From the NCBI GenBank assembly GCA_002269645.1, contig NIVC01003884.1:37748-71807 (forward strand): 34,060 nt of DNA, in the 5' to 3' direction. How positions within the stretch are numbered: the stretch's first letter is position 1; each line of letters opens with the position of its first letter. The notes beneath the pieces were generated by a model that saw nothing but the letters and a program-made list of their open reading frames with translations, was not told the DNA's origin and did not search any database. Shown here piece after piece: positions 24,301 to 33,824 of the stretch. The position numbers and the translations under genes were made by a program. This DNA is from Macrostomum lignano (taxonomy: Eukaryota).

Positions 24301-27016
24301 CTGGTGTACAATACTTCTACAGCAGATAATACTCACCCAAAACAGATCGTCTCTTTCTCTTTAATCCTGTGCCGGACGGGTTTTCTTCAGATCCACCAGA
24401 AAATTCACAAATAGACTGACTGCCTGCACGGATAGCGGCTGCTGCTGCTGCGGCTTGTGAGCAGCAAGTGAACCAAATGACGGATGCAGCGGCGAGATCA
24501 GAATGCTCGCTGCTGATCGTTAAAGCGCATTCTTGTCTCTTAGGCATGTCGCTGGCGTGGCTGACTTCAGAATCTGCGAGGAAAAGAAATCAATTAAGAT
24601 AGGCTTGCTTTAGTAATCATTAATAGGCTATAAAGGAACCCTTTAATAGAACGTGTTCAACTAATGCTGGGTCTGTTTTGAAAAGTCAGAACTCAGAAGT
24701 AGTCGCGATTAGAATCAGTATTGTCCCAATAAGTGCGACCCAACAAATGCTGTTCAAAAAATAGGCCTGGCTGCAATGTCCCAATAAATGCCCAACAAAT
24801 TACTAGCCTTGAGCTAGGCTGGGCTGTGTTTACTATTCAATGCGTTTGTAGCTTGTGTCCCAACAATGCCACTGAGATTGTTGCATTGCTTTTGAATTGT
24901 GCTCTACCAAGTAACACAAGTACTCTGGTGTACAATACTTCTACAGCAGATAATACTCACCCAAAACAGATCGTCTCTTTCTCTTTAATCCTGTGCCGGA
25001 CGGGTTTTCTTCAGATCCACCAGAAAATTCACAAATAGACTGACTGCCTGCACGGATAGCGGCTGCTGCTGCTGCGGCTTGTGAGCAGCAAGTGAACCAA
25101 ATGACGGATGCAGCGGCGAGATCAGAATGCTCGCTGCTGATCGTTAAAGCGCATTCTTGTCTCTTAGGCATGTCGCTGGCGTGGCTGACTTCAGAATCTG
25201 CGAGGAAAAGAAATCAATTAAGATAGGCTTGCTTTAGTAATCATTAATAGGCTATAAAGGAACCCTTTAATAGAACGTGTTCAACTAATGCTGGGTCTGT
25301 TTTGAAAAGTCAGAACTCAGAAGTAGTCGCGATTAGAATCAGTATTGTCCCAATAAGTGCGACCCAACAAATGCTGTTCAAAAAATAGGCCTGGCTGCAA
25401 TGTCCCAATAAATGCCCAACAAATTACTAGCCTTGAGCTAGGCTGGGCTGTGTTTACTATTCAATGCGTTTGTAGCTTGTGTCCCAACAATGCCACTGAG
25501 ATTGTTGCATTGCTTTTGAATTGTGCTCTACCAAGTAACACAAGTACTCTGGTGTACAATACTTCTACAGCAGATAATACTCACCCAAAACAGATCGTCT
25601 CTTTCTCTTTAATCCTGTGCCGGACGGGTTTTCTTCAGATCCACCAGAAAATTCACAAATAGACTGACTGCCTGCACGGATAGCGGCTGCTGCTGCTGCG
25701 GCTTGTGAGCAGCAAGTGAACCAAATGACGGATGCAGCGGCGAGATCAGAATGCTCGCTGCTGATCGTTAAAGCGCATTCTTGTCTCTTAGGCATGTCGC
25801 TGGCGTGGCTGACTTCAGAATCTGCGAGGAAAAGAAATCAATTAAGATAGGCTTGCTTTAGTAATCATTAATAGGCTATAAAGGAACCCTTTAATAGAAC
25901 GTGTTCAACTAATGCTGGGTCTGTTTTGAAAAGTCAGAACTCAGAAGTAGTCGCGATTAGAATCAGTATTGTCCCAATAAGTGCGACCCAACAAATGCTG
26001 TTCAAAAAATAGGCCTGGCTGCAATGTCCCAATAAATGCCCAACAAATTACTAGCCTTGAGCTAGGCTGGGCTGTGTTTACTATTCAATGCGTTTGTAGC
26101 TTGTGTCCCAACAATGCCACTGAGATTGTTGCATTGCTTTTGAATTGTGCTCTACCAAGTAACACAAGTACTCTGGTGTACAATACTTCTACAGCAGATA
26201 ATACTCACCCAAAACAGATCGTCTCTTTCTCTTTAATCCTGTGCCGGACGGGTTTTCTTCAGATCCACCAGAAAATTCACAAAGAGACTGACTGCCTGCA
26301 CGGATAGCGGCTGCTGCTGCTGCGGCTTGTGAGCAGCAAGTGAACCAAATGACGGATGCAGCGGCGAGATCAGAATGCTCGCTGCTGATCGTTAAAGCGC
26401 ATTCTTGTCTCTTAGGCATGTCGCTGGCGTGGCTGACTTCAGAATCTGCGAGGAAAAGAAATCAATTAAGATAGGCTTGCCTTTAGTAATCATTAATAGG
26501 CTATAAAGGAACCCTTTAATAGAACGTGTTCAACTAATGCTGGGTCTGTTTTGAAAAGTCAGAACTCAGAAGTAGTCGCGATTAGAATCAGTATTGTCCC
26601 AATAAGTGCGACCCAACAAATGCTGTTCAAAAAATAGGCCTGGCTGCAATGTCCCAATAAATGCCCAACAAATTACTAGCCTTGAGCTAGGCTGGGCTGT
26701 GTTTACTATTCAATGCGTTTGTAGCTTGTGTCCCAACAATGCCACTGAGATTGTTGCATTGCTTTTGAATTGTGCTCTACCAAGTAACACAAGTACTCTG
26801 GTGTACAATACTTCTACAGCAGATAATACTCACCCAAAACAGATCGTCTCTTTCTCTTTAATCCTGTGCCGGACGGGTTTTCTTCAGATCCACCAGAAAA
26901 TTCACAAATAGACTGACTGCCTGCACGGATAGCGGCTGCTGCTGCTGCGGCTTGTGAGCAGCAAGTGAACCAAATGACGGATGCAGCGTTGTAAATGCAG
27001 GATGCAGGATGATTGG
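13762..27016 (-). CDS. Putative 22-exon gene segment encoding a tandem-repeat protein (79-aa unit with poly-Ala, Cys and KRKRR); 5' exons not found
   Basis: Each unit has acceptor tttcttttcctcgcag|AT and donor TTG G|gtgagt bounding a 237-nt stop-free phase 1/1 exon (e.g. 14573-14337). Entry exon 27016-26834 (183 nt, phase 1/1); terminal exon 13949-13762 ending in TAA. One copy carries a +1 indel at 23203. No homology recognised and no expression evidence. Confidence 0.55.
13766..26988. repeat. Tandem array of about 21.2 x 624-bp near-identical units
   Basis: Equivalent positions at 14109, 14734, 15359, 15984, 16608 ... 25981, 26606 (spacing 624/625, one of 636). Only a handful of variant sites distinguish the units. 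Confidence 0.98.
26834..27016 (-). CDS. Unique entry exon of the array gene
   Basis: Different acceptor (atttacaacag|CC), also phase 1; NHPASCIYN-AASVIWFTCCSQ...KRKRRSVL; 183 nt, a multiple of 3. Confidence 0.45.
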
Positions 27017-28774
27017 CTGTTGTAAATTAATTGATAAATAAGGTGATCGTGCCGCCTCTCTTATATTTCACTGAGCTCAGAGTATTACTAGGCTGCTTAT
27101 TATTTTTTTCAACGTACAAAAAATACGACATATACGAGTACGAGACAATACTTACTGGACAATGAAGGCAAATCTGTTTGTTATAGAAGAAAACGGTAGC
27201 TTATCGATATCAACGTATCTGGAATTTTAGAAAAGTACATATGTAAATTCCAGTTAAGTTTTTATTTAATCATAAAATTTTAAAAAGAATTTTAAATTCT
27301 ACTTACATATGTGTAATGGTTCCTAGCCAAGTCTTTTCATGCCAGGTCATGCATGGAAACTCTTGTGACGTGGCACATTTTGTCTGTGTAGTGCAGGTCT
27401 CGTAAATGAATTATATTCGCTTGAACATATGCAGTACCGCCAGTACGCCGTTTGTCAAAGGGAACTTCTACATGTACCTTTCCGTTAGAATTGGCTCTTC
27501 CTCTTGTAGGCCTCAACTTCAGTGTAAACTTTATCCCGACTCCCTTGCGCCCGCCTCTCCTCCCCGCTTCCCCCCGCCGCGATAGGAATGTACGCGTGGC
27601 CTGGGTAAGGGATTGCCTGGGTCTTGTACACGCTTGTCCTAACACTTCTGCACTGTACGTGGGTTTATCTTTACGATCCAAGATAAGCAGAATTGTTTTC
27701 CAGGAAGGCCTAGTAGTTAGTTTTGGGCCAAACTAGTCATCGATTTCGACTTTACAGTGACAGTGACACGCAAACATGTGCTAGCAGTCCATGCAGTCAT
27801 CTTAAGTTTCTTGGTATCTCAGTACATTTCAGTATACCAGACGATAATTATCATAATTCTAGGAAAAATTTTTCTACATAGTATAGCTGCCCAAACCCAG
27901 GCCAATAAGGAAGTCATTTAAAGCCTTAGAGATTAAACGTTTCCCTCTAATACTCGTCCTCGGTTTTCTCGGGAAATGCAAAGTTTTTCTTTGCCCTTTA
28001 TTTCTTTGCTCTAAAAGCGCTTCATAAGACTGTGAGAATTTCCACCGGAAAACTACCTCACTCAAAGTGTCACTTTACGTTAATGGCCTCCAGTCACTAA
28101 CTTGAGTCAGTTAATACCCATTCACATATGACAAATAGATTAATGCAGCTGACTGAAAACGAGAATTTCAGTTAAAATGGCCGAGGGCACAGGCGGATGT
28201 AACCTTAATTTGCCATGTTTCGTGTATAAGTGAAATTGGAAGCTAATGAATTTAGATGCTAGCTGTTTCTATGCAAAAATCTAAATATACTAAATCTATA
28301 AGGTTTGTATGCTTGATTGTAATATTCTAAATCTGTATTAAATTATTTCATATTTAGTAAACACGATGCCAAATGTCAGTGGATCCTTTCAAGTGTTGAT
28401 TGGCAGCCCTGTAGGGAACCTTTATCTGTTACTTGTAGTAGACTTTCTTGATATTGTAAGAAATATTGTAATAAAACGAGAATTCCGATTTGAGACCCAA
28501 TTGTTCTGTTGGATCAGACCATCAGTTCGCATAATTTTTTAAACTTCTTAGGACACTGCAAATCATTAGATTCCCCGTGTTTGATTAAAAATATGAAAAA
28601 ATGACATTGATTTTTGAAAGGAGAATCGAAAGACGGTTCCAATGAATATTTTTTCATTTCAATAGAATTCATTTTTGGAAGTGTCGGGACGCACTTATTG
28701 GGCCTGGCCCAACACATTTTTGGTCCTAATAGCACGGGTCAGTTTATACACGCTTGTCCGAAGAAATGCCTAAT

Positions 28775-28983
28775 GCACAAACACGCAGTCATACGCACAG
28801 GCACACACTCACACAGGAGTGTACAGCGGCCCTAACTTTATTTACCGTTAGGCATGTACACTTCATTGCACGAGCAGAGCCAAGCCGAGATTCCAATTTA
28901 ACCCCAAATTTAATGCGACTTTGAATCGACCCTGGGCCGCTGGCACATTGGCACTCCGCGCTCGACCACTAGGGTGCGGCCCC
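28775..28983 (-). mobile_element. tRNA-derived SINE, copy 1
   Basis: Head GGGGCCGCACCCTAGTGGTCGAGCG...CCAGGGTCGATTCAAA with degenerate A- and B-boxes; body shared with the copy at 33285-33525. Confidence 0.75.
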
Positions 28984-29017
28984 AATGTAACTTATATAAG
29001 CCATAATGCCGCAATCT

Positions 29018-29027
29018 CAACAACAAT

Positions 29028-29069
<42 letters not shown>

Positions 29070-29110
29070 AACAATAACAACAATAACATCAAAACAACAA
29101 CAACAACAGT

Positions 29111-29191
<81 letters not shown>

Positions 29192-29200
29192 AATAATAAT

Positions 29201-29234
<34 letters not shown>
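29018..29234. repeat. (AAC)n microsatellite (LINE 3' tail)
   Basis: About 70 AAC/AAT units abutting the LINE 3' end. Confidence 0.95.
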
Positions 29235-29235
<1 letters not shown>

Positions 29236-29827
29236 AATACGCGTTCAGCGTCACAGGGCGCGCCTCAAGGCCAAGTCGCCAGCCGAATCCGGTGCGCCGG
29301 CGTCAGCCAGCAGGCAGACGGTGCCTGCAACGGTGCCTGCAGCGTCAGCAGCAGCACCTGCTGCATCGGCTCTGTGCAGTACAACTCGGCGCGGATGATG
29401 TGGCCTGCCAGCTGGAGTCGCCGACGGCGCAACAGGTCGCTTGGACGGACCAGGCCGGTGCGGTGATACAAAGCCGCGTTGGTCACTCGCTCGTAGCCGA
29501 TCTTGAAGGCAGCGCGCAGCTGGCCAGCGTGCGCCGCGTCAACTTGTTGCTCGAGCGACTCCGTCAGCGTCCAGGTCTCGGCGTTGTACAGCAGGACGGT
29601 CTCGATCACCGCCTAGAACAACGCCTTTCTCTGGTCTCGGACTGCAGGACTGCCCTCGCAGAACGAAAGGCAGCCCAGGCAAGCCCGCGGCGACGCCGCA
29701 AATCCACGCGGACGCCGGGAACCAGACCGCTGAGGTAGACGAACTGCTGAGAACGCGGAAGCTCTGTCGCCTGTCCATCAGCGCCTCGGCACAAAATCGC
29801 AGCCTCGATGTCGTCCGGCACGCAGAG
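29020..29827 (-). mobile_element. 5'-truncated, frameshifted RTE-type non-LTR retrotransposon with (TTG)n tail
   Basis: QQFVYLSG...RRGLAWAAF and ETVLLYNAETWTLT...LRAAFKIGYERVTNAALYHRTG...RRRRLQLAGHIIR are the post-RT motifs typical of RTE/CR1-type LINEs. Imperfect 10-bp flanking repeat cgcaatctca (29010-29019) / cgcaatatca (29828-29837). Confidence 0.85.
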
Positions 29828-30169
29828 CGCAATATCAGAAACATAAACTTGAAATCAACAAGCTAATACGAGCTATTTACCCATTTTTAATCCTTAGCGG
29901 AGTTTAATCTTTAATCCTAAGGACAGCTAACTTCATGTCGACTATAACCAGACGCAACGAATATTTTTGCAGCATTTACATGTAAGCCCAACGAGACTAT
30001 TTCCACAGGTGAGCTTATATGAAGTTTACTCGTGGACAGCCTAAGGTGAAGCGTAAAGGTGCTCACAGTTTGATCAAGTTCTTACGGCAAATTTTGGGCA
30101 TCAACTACAAATTAGGCATGTATATAAATAAGTAAATGAAACAAAACCGTAATTAGCGAAGTAAAATGT

Positions 30170-30179
30170 TTTATTTATT
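30170..30179 (-). promoter_or_regulatory. Putative polyadenylation signal(s) of protease gene
   Basis: Overlapping AATAAATAAA about 130 nt after the stop codon. Confidence 0.55.
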
Positions 30180-30306
30180 ATATACTCTTTTCCTCTAGTA
30201 TATATTAGCCGTGATTGGAATTAACGGCTGCATCAATTAGCTATACTTCAACCTGGTGGTTCACATTCTCTATATCGATGGTCCATACACCGCTCTCCAA
30301 GCCAGC

Positions 30307-30783
30307 TTAGGTGTACCGGTTGATGAAGCTGGCGTAGCGCACAACATTGGCATACAGGGAGGTGGTGGAGCTGATGCCAGAGTTCACGCCCAGCTGGTAG
30401 TAGGTGCTGCCACTCCTGTACACCATCGGGCCGCCGCTGTCGCCAAAGTAGATGGAATTGGGCTGGCGGGAGCTGCAGAAGTAGGCGGATCCGCAGCCAG
30501 AACGGGTCAATGTGGTCTCGGCGTAGTTCAGAACGTTTGAAATGCCGTTGTGGTCGCCGCCGTAGCCCATGCTGATGATGGCGGAGCCGGCGCTGGGCTC
30601 GGAGCCGCTGAACAGCGCGATCGGCTGGACATTGCTGTTGAAGGCGATGTCGCTGCTGGTCTTCAGGACGGCCAGATCGTAGTCGCGAACGACGGCGCAG
30701 CCGCTGCCGGTGGGGTAGCCGGGGTAGATGTAGGTGTTGGAAACCCGGTAGCTGGTGCCACGGCCAGCGCGGACGGTGCCGAC
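30307..30783 (-). CDS. S1 (chymotrypsin-fold) serine protease, exon 2
   Basis: Acceptor tttattgacag|GTC (phase 0). VGTVRAGRG...YPGYPTGSGC..RDYDLAVL (Asp102)...MGYGGDHN...SIYFGDSGGPMV (Ser195)...YANVVRYASFINRYT*. Confidence 0.93.
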   Translation of the reverse strand, partial: VGTVRAGRGTSYRVSNTYIYPGYPTGSGCAVVRDYDLAVLKTSSDIAFNSNVQPIALFSGSEPSAGSAIISMGYGGDHNGISNVLNYAETTLTRSGCGSAYFCSSRQPNSIYFGDSGGPMVYRSGSTYYQLGVNSGISSTTSLYANVVRYASFINRYT

Positions 30784-30916
30784 CTGTCAATAAAGAGTCA
30801 CGCGAACAGCTGCTTGAAAGCTTCTAAATATATGCTGCCAGCTGGAACTCAAGCACTACAAATTCTTACTCAATACAGGTGGCTACTCCGCCGTATCAAT
30901 TTTACTGTTGACTCAC

Positions 30917-31123
30917 CTCAACGCTGCTCGGCGCCCGGTTGCAGACGCAGTGAGCGGCAGTCAGAATGGTTCTCTTGTTGAGAACAGAGGCGGAGCAGCC
31001 GGAGATCTTGGCCATCCAGGGGAATTGGCCCAAGGCGGCATTCTGTCCGTTGAGGATGTAGCTGTCCAGAGGGTTGGCAGCAGCCACCGCCAGCAGGCAG
31101 GCGAGCGCAATCAGAAACTTCAT
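30917..31123 (-). CDS. S1 serine protease, exon 1 (signal peptide, short propeptide, His57)
   Basis: MKFLIALACLLAVAAA-NPLDSY|ILNGQNAALGQFPWMAKISGCSASVLNKRTILTAAHCVCNRAPSSVE; donor GAG|gtgagt. Joined CDS is 684 nt, 227 aa. Confidence 0.93.
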
Positions 31124-31219
31124 TTCCGGTTTGATTGAACCAGTGTGCGACACCGAGATTGAAGAACGAACCGATTCACTGTTGCTGTTCGAATTGCTTC
31201 TCCCAGCGACACGCAGGCA

Positions 31220-31229
31220 TATTTATTTA
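31220..31229 (-). promoter_or_regulatory. TATA-like element upstream of protease
   Basis: TAAATAAATA about 100 nt upstream of the ATG; supported by position only. Confidence 0.3.
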
Positions 31230-31769
31230 GAAGTTGCCGACGTGAGGAAAGCAGATTTTTGCTTGGGAACAAAGCACGCGTCAACGGCGACAACTTTGCA
31301 ATTCAGATAAGCTGCTTGCAATAGCTCAATTGTGCTATTCGAATTTTCTATTGAAGCATTGTAACGGCCCATTGGATAAATTTTTAACACTCTTATCGCT
31401 GGTTCGAGTAGCGCGTGCGCTTCTCGGTTCGTTTTTCGAAAAGTTTCCCAGCTTTTGATTGAATAAGCGAATGCAGTTTGCGAGTGTTTTGAATTTTTGC
31501 TGAATAATGCTCGTAGCTTTGAAGTTGCTGGTTTCTGCAGAGTTTAAACATTCTGCTTTTCATAGAATTCTGCTATTAATGTTCAATTTTTAAGTTAGCT
31601 TTCGCGTGTCCATCTCATCTTATTCTAATTCGGTGCATGGAAAACAAAAGTACATGTATATTTCACATTATGGCATGCGTCCTATTTGTGATTTCTGTGT
31701 TTTATTTAACTTAGACTGATGCGGAGGAGCAACATCAGTCCCAGAATCGTGGAACATATGCTAGGCCCA

Positions 31770-31935
31770 TGGGCTTGTGATCGAAGCAAATAGACAAAGG
31801 TGAACACCCAAAGGACATTGCGATGTTGCTGAATATAAAAGAAAAGACGGTTTACAGCATCCGTCAGCGCGTTGAAACCACTGCAGCAGAGATCCTCTGC
31901 GAAGGGGCGGCAATCGCCAAAGCAAGTTGCCTAAT
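31770..31935 (+). mobile_element. Possible decayed Tc1/IS630-superfamily transposase N-terminal HTH
   Basis: Across two frameshifts: LVIEA/IDKGEHPKDIAMLLNIKEKTVYSIRQRVETT.../PLRRGGNRQSKL, resembling the IA..L.I...TVY.I..R...RGG.R..KL paired-type HTH. No TIRs or DDE domain seen. Confidence 0.5.
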
Positions 31936-32159
31936 GAATATCTAATGGTCTATTTTCGATTCGCTGATGGATGGAGAGCTGAGCCATAAACTAAATTTCA
32001 TGAGAAGAAGGCGAGAAAGAAATTGTTCACTTTAATATGGGGCGAGGGTCTCGAGGCGAGCGAAGCCATTACATGCAACCTCTGACTTTCTGACCACAGA
32101 ATGCGCATTATAAAGCCATTATCTTATACTCGTAATTGTAATTCAACCCTTTGTTGTGA

Positions 32160-32600
32160 AGGCCGACCGTACAACTGAAAGCTACAGCTTCCAAGTTCAT
32201 CCAGGAAGGTGGCTCGGTGAAGCAGCGTTGTGCAAATGCGAAAGCAGACCTAGAGAAATTGCGCGTCTACTTTGACAGGAGTACACCGGTAAAGTTGCAG
32301 CAGGAAATGTACTTTGTGTTGGAATTTCACCTTTGGACTGCGAAGACGCGAATGGCTCCGTAAGCTGACGGTAAATTAAATTCCATTTAGAGATGTACAA
32401 CCAATGGACGACGAACATTTAGACTGGCACCTATGGAGACCAAACATGCCCGTGGAAGTTTAGAGACGCGGACTTCAGAAGATCGGAAGCAGAGCGTGCT
32501 TGTTGTAAAGTTTGAAAGCAGGTGTCCGAATGAGTGCGTGAATCTCTACCTGAAGAAGATCGAAGAGGCAAAGAGCAATTGGCTTGATCCGCATACCTCT
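32160..32600 (+). mobile_element. Decayed Crypton-type tyrosine recombinase (DUF3504-like) fragment
   Basis: LKATASKFIQEGG...DLEKLRVYFDRSTPVKLQQEMYFVLEFH / GLRRREWLRKLT / TTNGRRTF..METKHARG...RCPNECVNLYLKK parallels DUF3504 motifs (DL.KL..YF..TP..LQ..V.F.L..HFG.RG.E.LR.L; TKN..G; CPV....YL.K). Frameshifts and an in-frame TAG are present. Confidence 0.7.
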
Positions 32601-33284
32601 AATAACCCCTCCAAAATGATACAATCAACAACACGCGTCGAGCCTCTCTCTGCTCTCTGGATTAACCATGGCCACATTTTATTCCACACAAAACACATAT
32701 GGACAAAATACAGCATTCATGAACACATTGGTATATTTATTAAATCAATAGAACAAACTTACTATTTACTACGAGTATTAGAGCTGATAAGTAAGCCAAC
32801 TACTTCTATTCAAGAAGTTAGCTTAAGAATTCTAGAAAAGCAATACATATTTGGGAAGTCAGCAGAAAGTGTTCCATACATATGCACATACAGTACACTG
32901 ATAAGCAAATGCTCTGACGATCTGGCAAATCGATTAGAGTTCTACCCATACGAGTATCAGGTGCAGAACGCCTTGGACACGGTGCAGGCGTCGCAGACAA
33001 CTCGAAACGGTTGCCGCAGCAGCCGGCAAGTCTTCCTCTTGCACTCCGGATGCGTGCCCGGGTAAGTGACCGAGCGAACGCTGTACGGCCTGCCGCAGCA
33101 CATCACGCTGCAGAGAACCTCCCTGCGGTACTGGCTGCTGTCTTCACTTGGCAGGCCCTTCAGCAGGCTCTGACCGACAGGCGTGTTATCTGGGAGGCAC
33201 TCTCTGTGACGGGTTAGGCATGCAGTGTGACAATGTTAGATTGTTGAACAAGTTCAGCTCAGCCACATTCTAAACAAATGAGCG

Positions 33285-33525
33285 CGCGGATACGTACGCA
33301 GGCACACACTCACACAGGAGTGTACAGCGGCCCTAACTTTATTTTTATCGTTAAGCATGTACACTTCACTGCGCCTTGCGGGGTTGGCTCTCAAGGCCGT
33401 TAATTGCACGAGCAGAGCCAAGCCGAGATTCCAATTCAGCCTCAAATTAATGTGACTGCACTTGGAATCGAGCCTGGGTCGCTGGCACACCAGAGCAGCT
33501 GCGCTACCGCTGGGCTACGGCCCCC
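33285..33525 (-). mobile_element. tRNA-derived SINE, copy 2
   Basis: Head GGGGGCCGTAGCCCAGCGGTAGCGC (A-box TAGCCCAGCGG)...GGCTCGATTCC (B-box); body GGAATCTCGGCTTGGCTCTGCTCGTGCAA...GTTAGGGCCGCTGTACACTCCTGTGTGAGTGTGTGCCTG shared with copy 1. Confidence 0.8.
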
Positions 33526-33824
33526 TATGTATCAAGGACTACTCAAGTAGAAAGTTTTCAAGCCTGGCGCACCTTCCATGCGTGACGGAGCAGTAATCCA
33601 GCGAGTGTTCATGAAATAGTAAAAGCGTCTTCTTTGGCAGCCCTTTGACAATCCGGTGACCAATGCATCGGGGACCAAGCGACAGAGGGTTCGTTGGCTG
33701 ATGTTACCGAAAGCGGCGTCCGGACAGAGCTCCTCGTATCTGCGTAGCCTGAGCGATCGAATATGGCCCTGCGCATCTGGTGCTAGAAGTGAGGGACGAA
33801 TTTTCGGAGGTGATTATAGCTGCG

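Noticed and set aside
14109-26911. Repeated plus-strand 101/108-aa ORFs (MRPNKCC...) in each array unit
   Set aside because: They begin at GTG, lie mostly antisense to the predicted intron, and their stop position changes with the antisense Ile/Leu variant. The minus-strand exon has the splice-signal support.
27337-28065. Minus-strand ORFs as the 5' exons of the array gene
   Set aside because: No stop-free frame ending in a phase-1 donor was found, no signal peptide, and no recognisable domain.
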